From Candidatus Latescibacterota bacterium (GTDB lineage Bacteria > Latescibacterota > UBA2968): DNA of 64,000 bases. The notes under the pieces were generated by a model that did no database searches, was not told where the DNA came from, and worked only from the letters and a program-made list of their open reading frames with translations. Position numbers and translations under genes: made by a program. Each line of letters starts with the position of its first letter. The stretch's first letter is position 1. Below, piece by piece: positions 9,837 to 19,598 of this stretch. The stretch lies in contig OZ220741.1 of NCBI GenBank assembly GCA_965116885.1, forward strand, positions 4,768,001-4,832,000. Reading direction: 5' to 3'.

Positions 9837-10739
9837 ATGACCACAAAATCGCGAAAATCGCCCGATGAAATCAAAAACCTCCTCGAAGGCCCTGTCACAT
9901 CGATACCGACACCTTTTCTCTCAAATGGAGATATCGACTGGGACGGCGTGGGCAACATTATCGAAATCGGCATTGAAGGCGGCAGCGGCATCATCTTGCT
10001 GACAGCGGGCGACAGCCAGTACTTCTGCCTGAGCGAAGACGAAATCGCACAACTCACACAATTTACCATCGAACGCACCGCTGGCCGCGCCCTCACCATC
10101 GCCGCGACCGGGGCATGGCCCACCCGGCAAGCAGAAGCATTCGCCCACAGATGCATCGAATGGGGCGCTGATGCGCTCATGTCCGTCACCACATTCCACG
10201 GCTCAGACCCCGAAGGCGTGGCCGCCCACAATGCCGCAATCGGCAAAATCATCCCGGTCATGCTCGTCGGCTATCCCTCGCACCGCGCACTGGATATGCT
10301 CATAGACGAACCCGGCATCTGCTGCTTCAAAGAAGACGGCGACACGGCCTATGCCGTAGAAACCCTGCAAAAATACGGCCACCGCTGGAAAATCATGACC
10401 GGAGGCACCCTGTGGCGTCACCTCCTCGAATGGCCCTTTGGCTGCACCACCTTCATGGACTGGTCCACCTCATTCGCCCCCCACATCGGCGCGGAATTCC
10501 ACCAGGCTCTCTGCCGCAACGACATAGCCGAAGCGCGGCGAATCACCGTCGAAATCGAACGCCCACTCTGGGATCTACAACCCAATTTTCGAGGCGGCTG
10601 GCAAACCATGTGGCGCGCCATTCTGGAACTCTACGGCGTCTCCGCCCGATATCTCAGATCGCCCCAGCTCTCAGCTACCGAAGAAGACATGGAATTTCTC
10701 CGTGCGTCTCTGGACCATATTGGCCTGCTTCCGGAATAA
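9837..10739 (+). CDS. Dihydrodipicolinate synthase/N-acetylneuraminate lyase family (class I aldolase)
   Basis: IPTPF..NGDID, WGADALM, Schiff-base Lys in FKED; AAGGAG RBS. Confidence 0.8.
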   Translation: MTTKSRKSPDEIKNLLEGPVTSIPTPFLSNGDIDWDGVGNIIEIGIEGGSGIILLTAGDSQYFCLSEDEIAQLTQFTIERTAGRALTIAATGAWPTRQAEAFAHRCIEWGADALMSVTTFHGSDPEGVAAHNAAIGKIIPVMLVGYPSHRALDMLIDEPGICCFKEDGDTAYAVETLQKYGHRWKIMTGGTLWRHLLEWPFGCTTFMDWSTSFAPHIGAEFHQALCRNDIAEARRITVEIERPLWDLQPNFRGGWQTMWRAILELYGVSARYLRSPQLSATEEDMEFLRASLDHIGLLPE

Positions 10740-10741
10740 AA

Positions 10742-12034
10742 TTAAGGCAACGCATACACCCACATAAACCTTCGGTCGTAGATCAGAGCCTCATCTCTGC
10801 CGTCACCGTTCATATCACACACCTGCATCGCATAGCTATAACCGATGTCATCGAGCCGCGTACGCTCCAAAATACCCGCCGGGCAATCGGGATGTTTTGC
10901 ATTTGCAGGCGGTGAAAACGCCAGCGATATCTCGCCATCCCCATCCATTCCCCAGGGCCATCCGCCATCGGCATACCCGATCCAGGTCTGGCTCCCCCGA
11001 AGCGCAATAATCGGACGATTTCTGTGCATGCGGAGCTTTTCCCCGCCTTTCGGAAACCCCATTGGCCAGATTCGCTCAGTGGGCCTGCTCCACACTTCCA
11101 CGCCATCCGGATCGTAAAGCACCATAGGGCCATCTGGCGAATTGTAGAGCGCGACCTGAAATTCAGAATCCGAACGAAAACATCCCAGCGCCGTACCCTG
11201 GCAATGAATGTGTTCTCTCGAAAAATAAGTCCCGCCTCCCGCCCCAAACAGGTGCAACTTGTCGGACGCAGCAATAGAAAAAACCGGACCGATAGCAGTG
11301 TGAAACACATCCGTGTAATCCACATGTTGCTGGTCTGCATTCAGCGTTTCCGGATCAACGGCATCCATCGTCCACAAAATCTGCCCACCCACACCCACGG
11401 CACAGTATCCGATCAAATACACCTGCTCGCCATCCACATCCAGAGACAAAATGTGGTGCCCACCTCCCGGAACGGCTTTGGGACCCCACACCGGCTCCAG
11501 ACCTGCGTTCAGACCCAGCACCGGCTCGCCATACCGCCACGAACCATTTCCCATCTCTCCATTTTTGATCGCAATAGCGGCCTCGTGTTCATCGGTGGGC
11601 CGTACAGCGGTCTGGAGGATATAGTAATTCTCATCGGGAAGACGGGCACTCTTTACCTCCTCCCCTGTCTCACCGTCCAGGACCACAACCCTATCGCCAT
11701 CTGCTAAGACCACCTCAATGCGCCCGTCTCCATCAATATCCCCCGTGGCGATACAAGCCTCATAGGAATGGGAGATATAAGGGATATGCGGCGGATTTGG
11801 CGTCCCCCACGTCCACAGGCGTCGGCCATCAGCGCGAAATGCCGAGACAGAGACATATTCGGGAAACAGCGCGCTTACAAAATCCCAACTCCTGAACGGC
11901 TCTGGACCAAAGATCCCCGGTCCCTGATAGGTGAGAATCTCCGGAATCCCATCTCCGTCGATATCCGCAGGAAAACACTCTGCCCCGCCGTACTCCTCAA
12001 AAGCGATCTCAAACATACACGATACCGTTGCCAT
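10742..12034 (-). CDS. FG-GAP/VCBS-repeat beta-propeller protein (rhamnogalacturonan-lyase-like fold)
   Basis: Repeated DIDGDG..E, DVDG, DMNGDGRDE Ca-blade motifs, GGGHH; AGGAGG RBS before ATG at 12034. Confidence 0.55.
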   Translation of the reverse strand: MATVSCMFEIAFEEYGGAECFPADIDGDGIPEILTYQGPGIFGPEPFRSWDFVSALFPEYVSVSAFRADGRRLWTWGTPNPPHIPYISHSYEACIATGDIDGDGRIEVVLADGDRVVVLDGETGEEVKSARLPDENYYILQTAVRPTDEHEAAIAIKNGEMGNGSWRYGEPVLGLNAGLEPVWGPKAVPGGGHHILSLDVDGEQVYLIGYCAVGVGGQILWTMDAVDPETLNADQQHVDYTDVFHTAIGPVFSIAASDKLHLFGAGGGTYFSREHIHCQGTALGCFRSDSEFQVALYNSPDGPMVLYDPDGVEVWSRPTERIWPMGFPKGGEKLRMHRNRPIIALRGSQTWIGYADGGWPWGMDGDGEISLAFSPPANAKHPDCPAGILERTRLDDIGYSYAMQVCDMNGDGRDEALIYDRRFMWVYALP

Positions 12035-12046
12035 TACCACCTCCTG

Positions 12047-12078
12047 CACAAAACCGGGACTTGCGATAAGCCCCGGTT
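12047..12078. repeat. Intergenic palindrome (AACCGGG...CCCGGTT); related copy at 14553-14592
   Basis: Both copies begin CACAAAACCGGGAC and close with CCCGGTT. Confidence 0.6.
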
Positions 12079-12087
12079 CTATAGCCC

Positions 12088-12696
12088 CTACAACTCAATC
12101 TCACCAGAGGCAATGCGCTGCAACGTCCGGACGTAAAGCCTGTGTTCCTGTTGCAACACCCGGGCCGATAGAGTCTCGACCGAATCTCCAGGCTCAACCG
12201 GCACCCGGACCTGATCCAAAACCTGACCGTGGTCGTATTCTTCGTCAACCAGATGCACCGTGGCTCCAGTCTCGCGATCACCCGCGGCCAACACCGCCCG
12301 ATGCACGACCTCCCCGTAAAAACCCCGACCACCAAACTTCGGCAACAGGGATGGATGGATATTGAGGACGCGCCCCCTGTACGCGGCCAAAGTCCGCGGG
12401 CCCAACCGCTTCATGTACCCGGCCAGGCAGACCACCTCGACCCCATACGCCTGTAAAATCGCCAGAATAGCCCCATCCAGAGCACCGGGTCCGGGGTGGG
12501 TATAGGTACTCAAATGCACCGCTGGCACGCCCATCTTTCTCGCCCGGTGTAGAGCACCGGAATCCGAGTTATTGCTGATGACCACCCGGGGCCTGGCCTG
12601 CAAGCGTCCTGTTTTACAGGCATCGAGAATAGCCTGCAAATTGGTGCCCCTGTGCGAAGCCAGAAAGCCCAGATGCAAAATCCTTCCACTCGGCAT
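12088..12696 (-). CDS. purN: Phosphoribosylglycinamide formyltransferase
   Basis: LASHRGTNLQAI, VISNN, LAGYM, LNIHPSLLPKFGG, TGATVHLVDEEYDHG. Confidence 0.92.
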   Translation of the reverse strand: MPSGRILHLGFLASHRGTNLQAILDACKTGRLQARPRVVISNNSDSGALHRARKMGVPAVHLSTYTHPGPGALDGAILAILQAYGVEVVCLAGYMKRLGPRTLAAYRGRVLNIHPSLLPKFGGRGFYGEVVHRAVLAAGDRETGATVHLVDEEYDHGQVLDQVRVPVEPGDSVETLSARVLQQEHRLYVRTLQRIASGEIEL

Positions 12697-12710
12697 TTTC
12701 CCGTTTCTCC

Positions 12711-14450
12711 TTAATCCACCTTCTCTCCCGGCTTGCGATAAGACGCCGCGTATCGGTCGCCCTCCGGATCGTACGACACATGCACCTGTCCATCCCGCAC
12801 GACCAACCTGGGCACTGTGCGATCCCATCCATCTCGTTCGGGACCGCGCATAACCGCAAACTGTTCCTCCGTCATATCTTCGACCATATCGCCCCAGCGC
12901 TCCTGGGGATCGATCACGCCACCCCCCCAGTTGGAATTTTTGGACTGATATTTAACCAGCACACCCCGTCTGGGAATCGGATTCTTCCACGCCAGCGCGC
13001 CGTGAGTACACCCGCCATCCATAAAAAACAACACATCGCCCGCTTTCATCGCCGGCTGCACCACCAGGCCCATCGTCTCGTCGCATGTGCGGATTCCCGG
13101 AGGCATCGAATACTGCGTCTTATGAGAACCCGGCACACAGGCAAACCCACCCAACTCCGGCTCCACATCCCGCAACTGCCACGTAATCGTCACCGTCTCG
13201 CAATAACTCCGCCCATTCTTAAACTGGTAGCCTCGCGAAGGACTCATCGGCTCATTCCCATCGTGCAACGCGTGGCCCGACGTCCCTTGCACAGCGCAAA
13301 ACACCGTACCGCCACCCGTGCGATACCCGCTGGCTCCCATCCAATTCAGCCGATGCACCACAGCGGGATGGGCAATCATGCGCCGGAACGGCTCGCAATA
13401 AGGCGCGGGCAAATCCACCAGACCCGGCAATAACGGTCGCCCCGTCCCCGCCTGACTCTTTGAACCTCGCGCCAGTTCTGCACCAACCTCAATCCGATCC
13501 TGAAATTTATCCACCGCCTCATTCGCCTTTTCCAGCCAATCCTCGTCCATCACCCCCCGCACCACCAGATACCCATTCAAATCCCAAAAATAAAATTCCT
13601 TCTCATCAATTTTTGAATCTGGATCCCGAATATAAATCGAAGGATGAATCACCTCAGGACTCTCCTCCACCCAGGTCTTTTCGCCATCGGTATTCAGCAC
13701 TGGCGGAGGATTAGACCCCTTAAACCCCGGCCTGTACATCACCGCCTTCTGTTCGGGAGGCGCACTCTCCGTCCACCTGGGTCGCGTTTCGGTCTCAGCC
13801 CCCGGTCCCGGTCCATTCGACTGGATGACCGCCCGCCCCGCATACCAGTACGTCAACAGCCGTTTCGGCGACCCCATCCACGGCCGCATCCCCTGCAACG
13901 CAGTCTCAGCCAGTAAAAACAAATCACCCGCCTTCAGAACCGGCTGTTTCACCAGCCCCATATCGTCCTGTCCCGTCGCCAAATCCCCGGGTGTTTCCAC
14001 ATTGCTCTTGTGGCTCGCCTGAACCACCACCAGCCCGCCATCTCCTTCCTCCACATCCTCCAGCACCCAGATCGCCTTCACCCCCTGGCACGACCGGCGA
14101 CCATTTTGAATAAAATACGCCCGGGACGGATTCCGGGGTTCATCTCCACCAACCAGCCCCTGCCCAATCTCCCCTTCCCGGCTACCCAATAACCGGGGTG
14201 CCTGATCCAGACGAAAACCATGTCCGATAATCTGATTCAAATACCACACCAGTTGCGGATGCACCAGCAAATCCCGAAACAGATCCCGCTGGGGCACCTC
14301 CCAGCCCAGCATGCCTTCAGACGCACCCGCCTCGTCCAGTACTCTGTTCAAAGCCTCGACTTCACCGCGACTCAATACCCCTGGAACATGCAAATATCCG
14401 GCGACATCAAACGCATAATTCTCTTCATTGCTCATCTCTTCCCGGTCCAT
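12711..14450 (-). CDS. Tandem two-domain PhyH-like protein, paralogue of 7939-9702
   Basis: Starts MDREEMSNEENYAFDVAGYL; collinear with the 7939-9702 protein; C-domain LHDG and THG. Confidence 0.85.
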   Translation of the reverse strand: MDREEMSNEENYAFDVAGYLHVPGVLSRGEVEALNRVLDEAGASEGMLGWEVPQRDLFRDLLVHPQLVWYLNQIIGHGFRLDQAPRLLGSREGEIGQGLVGGDEPRNPSRAYFIQNGRRSCQGVKAIWVLEDVEEGDGGLVVVQASHKSNVETPGDLATGQDDMGLVKQPVLKAGDLFLLAETALQGMRPWMGSPKRLLTYWYAGRAVIQSNGPGPGAETETRPRWTESAPPEQKAVMYRPGFKGSNPPPVLNTDGEKTWVEESPEVIHPSIYIRDPDSKIDEKEFYFWDLNGYLVVRGVMDEDWLEKANEAVDKFQDRIEVGAELARGSKSQAGTGRPLLPGLVDLPAPYCEPFRRMIAHPAVVHRLNWMGASGYRTGGGTVFCAVQGTSGHALHDGNEPMSPSRGYQFKNGRSYCETVTITWQLRDVEPELGGFACVPGSHKTQYSMPPGIRTCDETMGLVVQPAMKAGDVLFFMDGGCTHGALAWKNPIPRRGVLVKYQSKNSNWGGGVIDPQERWGDMVEDMTEEQFAVMRGPERDGWDRTVPRLVVRDGQVHVSYDPEGDRYAASYRKPGEKVD

Positions 14451-14619
14451 CTCTGACCTCCTGTTGGAAGATTGGGGTTTATCTCTGCATTGTCGAATAT
14501 TGTACGCCAACTTTTTGTCCAATCCAACAAAAAAGTTTTGAAGCTCCAAAAACACAAAACCGGGACCTGCAGCACAGCCGTAAGTCCCGGTTGTAAACAC
14601 CCTGTATTTCCCCCAAATA

Positions 14620-15627
14620 TTAAATCTGGTGCACCGCCTTGCGCTTCGCGCGCATACTGGCGTGCGATTCTGGCGACCCATCGTGAAACGTGCCGAACCA
14701 GTAATCAAACGGAAAATCGTTCTCGCCGTAATTGCACTCAAAATAGCGGTGATGCAACTGGTGAAAAAATGACGCCGCAGGCATTCTATCACTCCCTCCC
14801 ACCTCAATTTTATCAAACCCCACATGCCCCTGTGCCGGTGTAAACGCCGCATGTTGTGCATTCATCAACATGTGAATCGGATGGGATGGCACCACCCAGT
14901 GAATCAGAATACAGCTAAAATACAACAAATGCTCAATCGGATGCATAGCCAGCCCGGACCACGGTCCGATATTGATATTCTTGTGATGCAAATAATGCGC
15001 GGATTTGTACAGCGGTTTCCAGTGGGTCAGGCGGTGAACCCAATAAAAATGGAATAGCCGCCAGAACTGGATACCGCACAGCAACGCAACAAAATAAATC
15101 GGTTCTGTGCGCCAATCGACATAGGGAATTATTTCATTCGCAAACGCCCACATAGAAACCACTTCATAAGCCGTCCAGATCGTGCCCCCACTCACGCAAC
15201 TCCAGAAAATATTATCGCGCAATTGATTGCCCCACAAAAACTTGCGGTTCGATGTCGCGAGCCATTTCGACGTGTATTTATACCGCGTGCCCTGCGCCTT
15301 GAACCTGTAGAAATACACATGCCACGCGCCCGCGATAACAATTAACATCGCAATATTGCGCACATACATCTCGGCAATCCAATCCACGCGGAACGCCACA
15401 CAGCGCTCAAGCGCGGGTTGCAAATAAAGCCATGTGCCAATGGCAATAAGCATATAAATTGCGTTCCAGGGCCACAAATAGCCCGGAAAACCAAACATCC
15501 ACTTCAGCGCCTCAACAGGGCGCGGAGGCCATGCAAAAATCGGCGCAGGCACCGGGCGTTTTGCGGGCTGCCATTCGCCACTTTCATCCCGGGCAACGCC
15601 ATCTACGACTTCTCTGGTATCAGCCAT
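14620..15627 (-). CDS. Sterol desaturase/fatty acid hydroxylase family membrane di-iron enzyme
   Basis: His boxes YWVHRLTH, HYLHH, FHQLHH; NYG...D.WFGT; hydrophobic segments. Confidence 0.9.
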   Translation of the reverse strand: MADTREVVDGVARDESGEWQPAKRPVPAPIFAWPPRPVEALKWMFGFPGYLWPWNAIYMLIAIGTWLYLQPALERCVAFRVDWIAEMYVRNIAMLIVIAGAWHVYFYRFKAQGTRYKYTSKWLATSNRKFLWGNQLRDNIFWSCVSGGTIWTAYEVVSMWAFANEIIPYVDWRTEPIYFVALLCGIQFWRLFHFYWVHRLTHWKPLYKSAHYLHHKNINIGPWSGLAMHPIEHLLYFSCILIHWVVPSHPIHMLMNAQHAAFTPAQGHVGFDKIEVGGSDRMPAASFFHQLHHRYFECNYGENDFPFDYWFGTFHDGSPESHASMRAKRKAVHQI

Positions 15628-15660
15628 TGTGTACTCTCCTCGAATGGTTGAGACTACGTA

Positions 15661-16320
15661 CTAAATCCTCCCGCTGACCCACTGAATACCCCGCACTAAC
15701 ACCGACTGAAAATTTTCATCCTTCCACGTCTGATTGTCGTGCCCGCTTTGGAAGCAAAACACCCGCGTACCATTGTATTGCCGCGTCCAGCCGATCGACT
15801 TCATACACGCCGGGTGATCTGTCGTCAACAGCAAATGGCTATCCGAATCCGGCTCGCCCATCACATAAGTCTCATCGATCATCTCCCAATCGGATATCCC
15901 GCGCGTAATCGGATGATCCCCATCCTCTACCGCAATCCGCATCACCTCATCGTGGCTGAACGATTCAAACGACCCCGCGACAACACCGGCCATCTGCACC
16001 CAGGGATCCCAATTTGGAAATGCCAAAATCGCGTGGTGCAACAACACAATACCCTTGCCCGTCGCCAGCCATGATTCCAGCGCGCTTAGAGGTCGCCCCA
16101 TCCACCCAAGACGGTTCTCATCCGTCGGACCTTCCTTGTGCATATTGTAAAACACAACCGCATCGTAGAAATCGCGCTCCTCTGCTCGCGGCGATGCAAA
16201 ATCCTCCAGAGACTGAATATAGGCATCTACGCCTTCCATCTTGCGAAACAACCCGTGAAAATTCGGCACATCAAAACGGTGGCCGCCGGTCACCACCGCA
16301 ACCTTAATAGTATCGTCCAT
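15661..16320 (-). CDS. ThuA-like (GATase1-like) domain protein
   Basis: TGGH.FD, GIVLLHHA, HPIT.G...DETY, GWTR...RVF..QSGHD. Confidence 0.85.
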   Translation of the reverse strand: MDDTIKVAVVTGGHRFDVPNFHGLFRKMEGVDAYIQSLEDFASPRAEERDFYDAVVFYNMHKEGPTDENRLGWMGRPLSALESWLATGKGIVLLHHAILAFPNWDPWVQMAGVVAGSFESFSHDEVMRIAVEDGDHPITRGISDWEMIDETYVMGEPDSDSHLLLTTDHPACMKSIGWTRQYNGTRVFCFQSGHDNQTWKDENFQSVLVRGIQWVSGRI

Positions 16321-16343
16321 AATCATACCCCTCAAAGTATAAC

Positions 16344-17792
16344 CTATCGCCCCCGATTTGTCTCCCAAACCGACCTTTCCTGCCACGGCTCAAAATCTGG
16401 ATTCTCTTCGGGAATTTTGGCTTCGATCTCCTCCTGCCATCCCTTCAGAAGCTCGTGCAATCGATCTCGTACATCGGGCAATTCATCTGAGAGGTCATGC
16501 TCCTCACCAATATCCTCTCGCAAATTGTACAACTCCACATGCCCGGATTCAAAAAACTCGATCAGCTTATAATCCCCCGCTCGAACCGAAGATCCAGGCG
16601 TCCCTCCCTGATTGCCATAATGCGGGAAATGCCAGAAAATCGCATCGCGCGCCAGATCGTCCCCCCTCAACAAAGGCACGATACTCACCCCATCGCAATG
16701 CTGCTCGGGAATCAGATCCAGATCCGCCATTTCCAGTATCGTCGGATAATAATCTGTACTCGTCACCGGAACATCGCAAACAGACCCTGCCGGTGTCACA
16801 CCGGGCCATTTGACAATCAGCGGTTCCCGAGTTCCACCTTCATACATCCAGCCCTTGCCCTCGGCGAGCGGTGCATTGCACGTTGGCGAACCTTCACTCG
16901 TCGCCAACCCACCATTATCTGAGGTAAACATAATCGCCGTATTATCGGCAATACCCGCCTCTTCCAGCGCGTCCAAAATGCGCCCCACACTCTCATCCAT
17001 GCTCTCGATCATCGCGGCGTACACCGGATCGGACTGCACCGTCCGCCGCGTAATGCGCCTGTCCTTCTTGTGTTCCCCCGGGAAAAAATCGCCCTCTTCA
17101 AACGGCTCAATTTTATCCAAGCCCATTGCTCGCGCTTTCTCTTCGTACTTCTCGATCTTTTCCCGCTTCGCCTGAATGGGCGTATGCACCGTATAATACC
17201 ACAAATTCAGGAAAAACGGACGATCGTCCCGGTTCTCGATCAAATCTATAACCCGATCCGTCAAATAATCCGTCAAATACGTCCCGTCCGGTACATCCAC
17301 ATCATCCAGCACCGGAATCGTCCACGGGCTAAAATAACCCCCGCGCCCGGGAGACCCATGTTCGCATCCGCCTACATTCACCTCAAACCCGTGTTCATCG
17401 GGATAAAACCCAGGTCCACCCAAATGCCATTTGCCAACATGCCAGGTCGCATATCCCCCGTCTTTCATCGCCTGTGCAACCGTGCGTTCTTCATGGGGCA
17501 AATACCTGAAATAGGGCACATCGATCAATTTGCCGCGATTGGGGTGATTTCTCCCGCTCCAATCGATAAAATTCGTCACCCCAACCCGTGCGGGATATTT
17601 GCCACTCATCACACTCGCGCGCGTTGGCGAACACACCGGACACGACGCGTACGCATCCGTAAACTTCATCCCCTCCGCGCACAACCGATCCAGATTGGGC
17701 GTCTCGTAAAATTCACTTCCGTAACACGTCGTATCTGCCCATCCGTAATCGTCCAACAAAATAAAAATAATATTGGGTTTGCCCATTTCCAT
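16344..17792 (-). CDS. Formylglycine-dependent sulfatase
   Basis: PNIIFILLDD.G, CSPTRAS (CxPxR), GKWHLG, SDNGG, GKG..YEGG.R.P. Confidence 0.95.
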   Translation of the reverse strand: MEMGKPNIIFILLDDYGWADTTCYGSEFYETPNLDRLCAEGMKFTDAYASCPVCSPTRASVMSGKYPARVGVTNFIDWSGRNHPNRGKLIDVPYFRYLPHEERTVAQAMKDGGYATWHVGKWHLGGPGFYPDEHGFEVNVGGCEHGSPGRGGYFSPWTIPVLDDVDVPDGTYLTDYLTDRVIDLIENRDDRPFFLNLWYYTVHTPIQAKREKIEKYEEKARAMGLDKIEPFEEGDFFPGEHKKDRRITRRTVQSDPVYAAMIESMDESVGRILDALEEAGIADNTAIMFTSDNGGLATSEGSPTCNAPLAEGKGWMYEGGTREPLIVKWPGVTPAGSVCDVPVTSTDYYPTILEMADLDLIPEQHCDGVSIVPLLRGDDLARDAIFWHFPHYGNQGGTPGSSVRAGDYKLIEFFESGHVELYNLREDIGEEHDLSDELPDVRDRLHELLKGWQEEIEAKIPEENPDFEPWQERSVWETNRGR

Positions 17793-18784
17793 TATATCTC
17801 CACATCCACACTCTTGCCAGAAGCGCCCGACTCGCGTGCAGCGTGCAACACCTGCATCACCCGCAAACCGTGTTCAGCAGTAATAATCAGTTCTTCACCC
17901 TCGCGCAAATGCCGCGCAATATTCGCGTGCAGATTTTCGCGCGGTACCGCATCGGTACGCACTTCCTCAGAACCTTCGCCGTAAACCGTCACCTCGCCAC
18001 CGCCTCCACGTTCACACACAAGCGTGGCTTCCGTGCCCAGAACAACCCACTTATACGGCAAAGAATAAAAGGAAATATCCGCCTTGGCAGCACGCGCACG
18101 CACCCCATTGTCAAACACCATCACAATATCGAACAAATCGTCTGAATCGCCCCACTTCGTATGCCGCACATCGGCAAAGACCGACACCACCTTGTGACCC
18201 GACATCAAATCGATAATCTGCTCGACCCAGTGCGGCCCAAAATCCAGCAACGTTCCACCACCCGCCGCGGCTGTCACGCGCCATTGCTGATTGTAATCCG
18301 GCACGCCAAAACCCACTGCGGGACGCGCCCCCATCGTGCGATTCTCAAGCGCAACAATCTCGCCAACTGCGCCATCCAAAACCGCGTGCTTCACCAGACA
18401 ATAATCGCGATCGTAATGCCGGTTGTGGTGCATCGTCAACACCACGCCATTATCTTTAGCCGCCTGCACCATCTCCTCGGCCTCTGGACCGGTCAGTGAC
18501 ATCGGCTTTTCAATCAGCATGTGCTTCTTCGCCGCCGCCACCTTGAGCGCATCTGCATAATGCGCTGCCGAATGCGTCGCGATTAAAACCAGTTCGATAT
18601 CCCAACCGAGAAAATCATCGAGATCACCGGTCGCACGCAGACCCTCGGCAACCGCCTCTTCCCGCCTGGATTCCGTAATATCGCACACCCCCACCACATC
18701 GTACAACCCCGTCTCGCGCATCGTTCTCAAATGACCGCCAGCCACCCGCCCAAATCCAATAATACCCGCCTTGATCTTTTCCAT
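17792..18784 (-). CDS. Gfo/Idh/MocA family oxidoreductase
   Basis: GIIGFG, EKP, HNR, GGGTLLDFGPH. Confidence 0.9.
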   Translation of the reverse strand: MEKIKAGIIGFGRVAGGHLRTMRETGLYDVVGVCDITESRREEAVAEGLRATGDLDDFLGWDIELVLIATHSAAHYADALKVAAAKKHMLIEKPMSLTGPEAEEMVQAAKDNGVVLTMHHNRHYDRDYCLVKHAVLDGAVGEIVALENRTMGARPAVGFGVPDYNQQWRVTAAAGGGTLLDFGPHWVEQIIDLMSGHKVVSVFADVRHTKWGDSDDLFDIVMVFDNGVRARAAKADISFYSLPYKWVVLGTEATLVCERGGGGEVTVYGEGSEEVRTDAVPRENLHANIARHLREGEELIITAEHGLRVMQVLHAARESGASGKSVDVEI

Positions 18785-19510
18785 TTATTCTTCCTCATCA
18801 TCTCCGTATTCTTCACCGCGATAAGCCGCGCGCAACTCGGCGATATTGGTCGCCTTCTTAACGCGCGCCTGAAGCGCCTCTTCCCCTGCGATCAGTTCCT
18901 TCACATTCGCCAGTACCTCCGCCATCCGATCTGCGGGAAACTTAACCGCGCCATTTTCATCCATGTGAATAATCTCGCCAGGCGCGACATCCATGCCGCA
19001 AATCGACACCGGAATATTCACCGCCTGCACAGCCTGATCGCCATGCCCCGGCGATATACCCGTCAACAAATACTGAAACCCCATCGGACGGATTTCATCG
19101 ATATCTCTCGACGGCCCATTAGACACACAGCCCACGCACCCCAGTGCTTTCATCGTCGTCGTCATATTGCCGCCCGCAAGCCCTACCTTACCAGCAATCT
19201 CTGGCGGAAACTTCTGCTCCAGCGCCAGTACCGTCGGCTTTGGCGACGCATCCAGCGCCTCGGCCACATCCATAAACGACAACCGGCTAAATCCCGCATC
19301 TGGCAACGCAAAAGTACACGTCACAGCATACCCACACCGCGCACCGAGTTCTGGATACATACACTTAATCGTCTGATCCGTGTACCAATTTTCAAGCCAC
19401 GGATTATAAAGCCCCAAACACAACGGATTATTCGGATACGTCGCCACCACATTTGTAATAGACGGCGTATCGAAATTCTCCAGCTCCTTCAAAATCTCCT
19501 GCTCTGTCAT
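18785..19510 (-). CDS. RraA/HMG aldolase family protein
   Basis: DTPSITN, GYAVT, GCVSNGPSRD, PGEIIHMDENG. Confidence 0.85.
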   Translation of the reverse strand: MTEQEILKELENFDTPSITNVVATYPNNPLCLGLYNPWLENWYTDQTIKCMYPELGARCGYAVTCTFALPDAGFSRLSFMDVAEALDASPKPTVLALEQKFPPEIAGKVGLAGGNMTTTMKALGCVGCVSNGPSRDIDEIRPMGFQYLLTGISPGHGDQAVQAVNIPVSICGMDVAPGEIIHMDENGAVKFPADRMAEVLANVKELIAGEEALQARVKKATNIAELRAAYRGEEYGDDEEE

Positions 19511-19550
19511 GGTAATCTCCTTAAAAGGCGGTCAGCCCGCCCAGTTCATC

Positions 19551-19576
19551 GGGCGACCACAGGGGGTCGCCCCTAC
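19551..19576 (-). repeat. GTAG-family REP-like palindrome
   Basis: Minus strand GTAG-GGGCGACC-CCCTGT-GGTCGCCC; similar copy at 31404-31430. Confidence 0.7.
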
Positions 19577-19598
19577 TGACCAATTCACTTCACACTTC

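Noticed and set aside
12711..14861. Long N-terminal extensions in the ORF track (also 1497-3875, 12088-12828, 51169-52971, 54459-56120, 55981-57147)
   Set aside because: Extensions overlap neighbouring genes or intergenic DNA; internal starts with an RBS and family-typical N-termini fit better.
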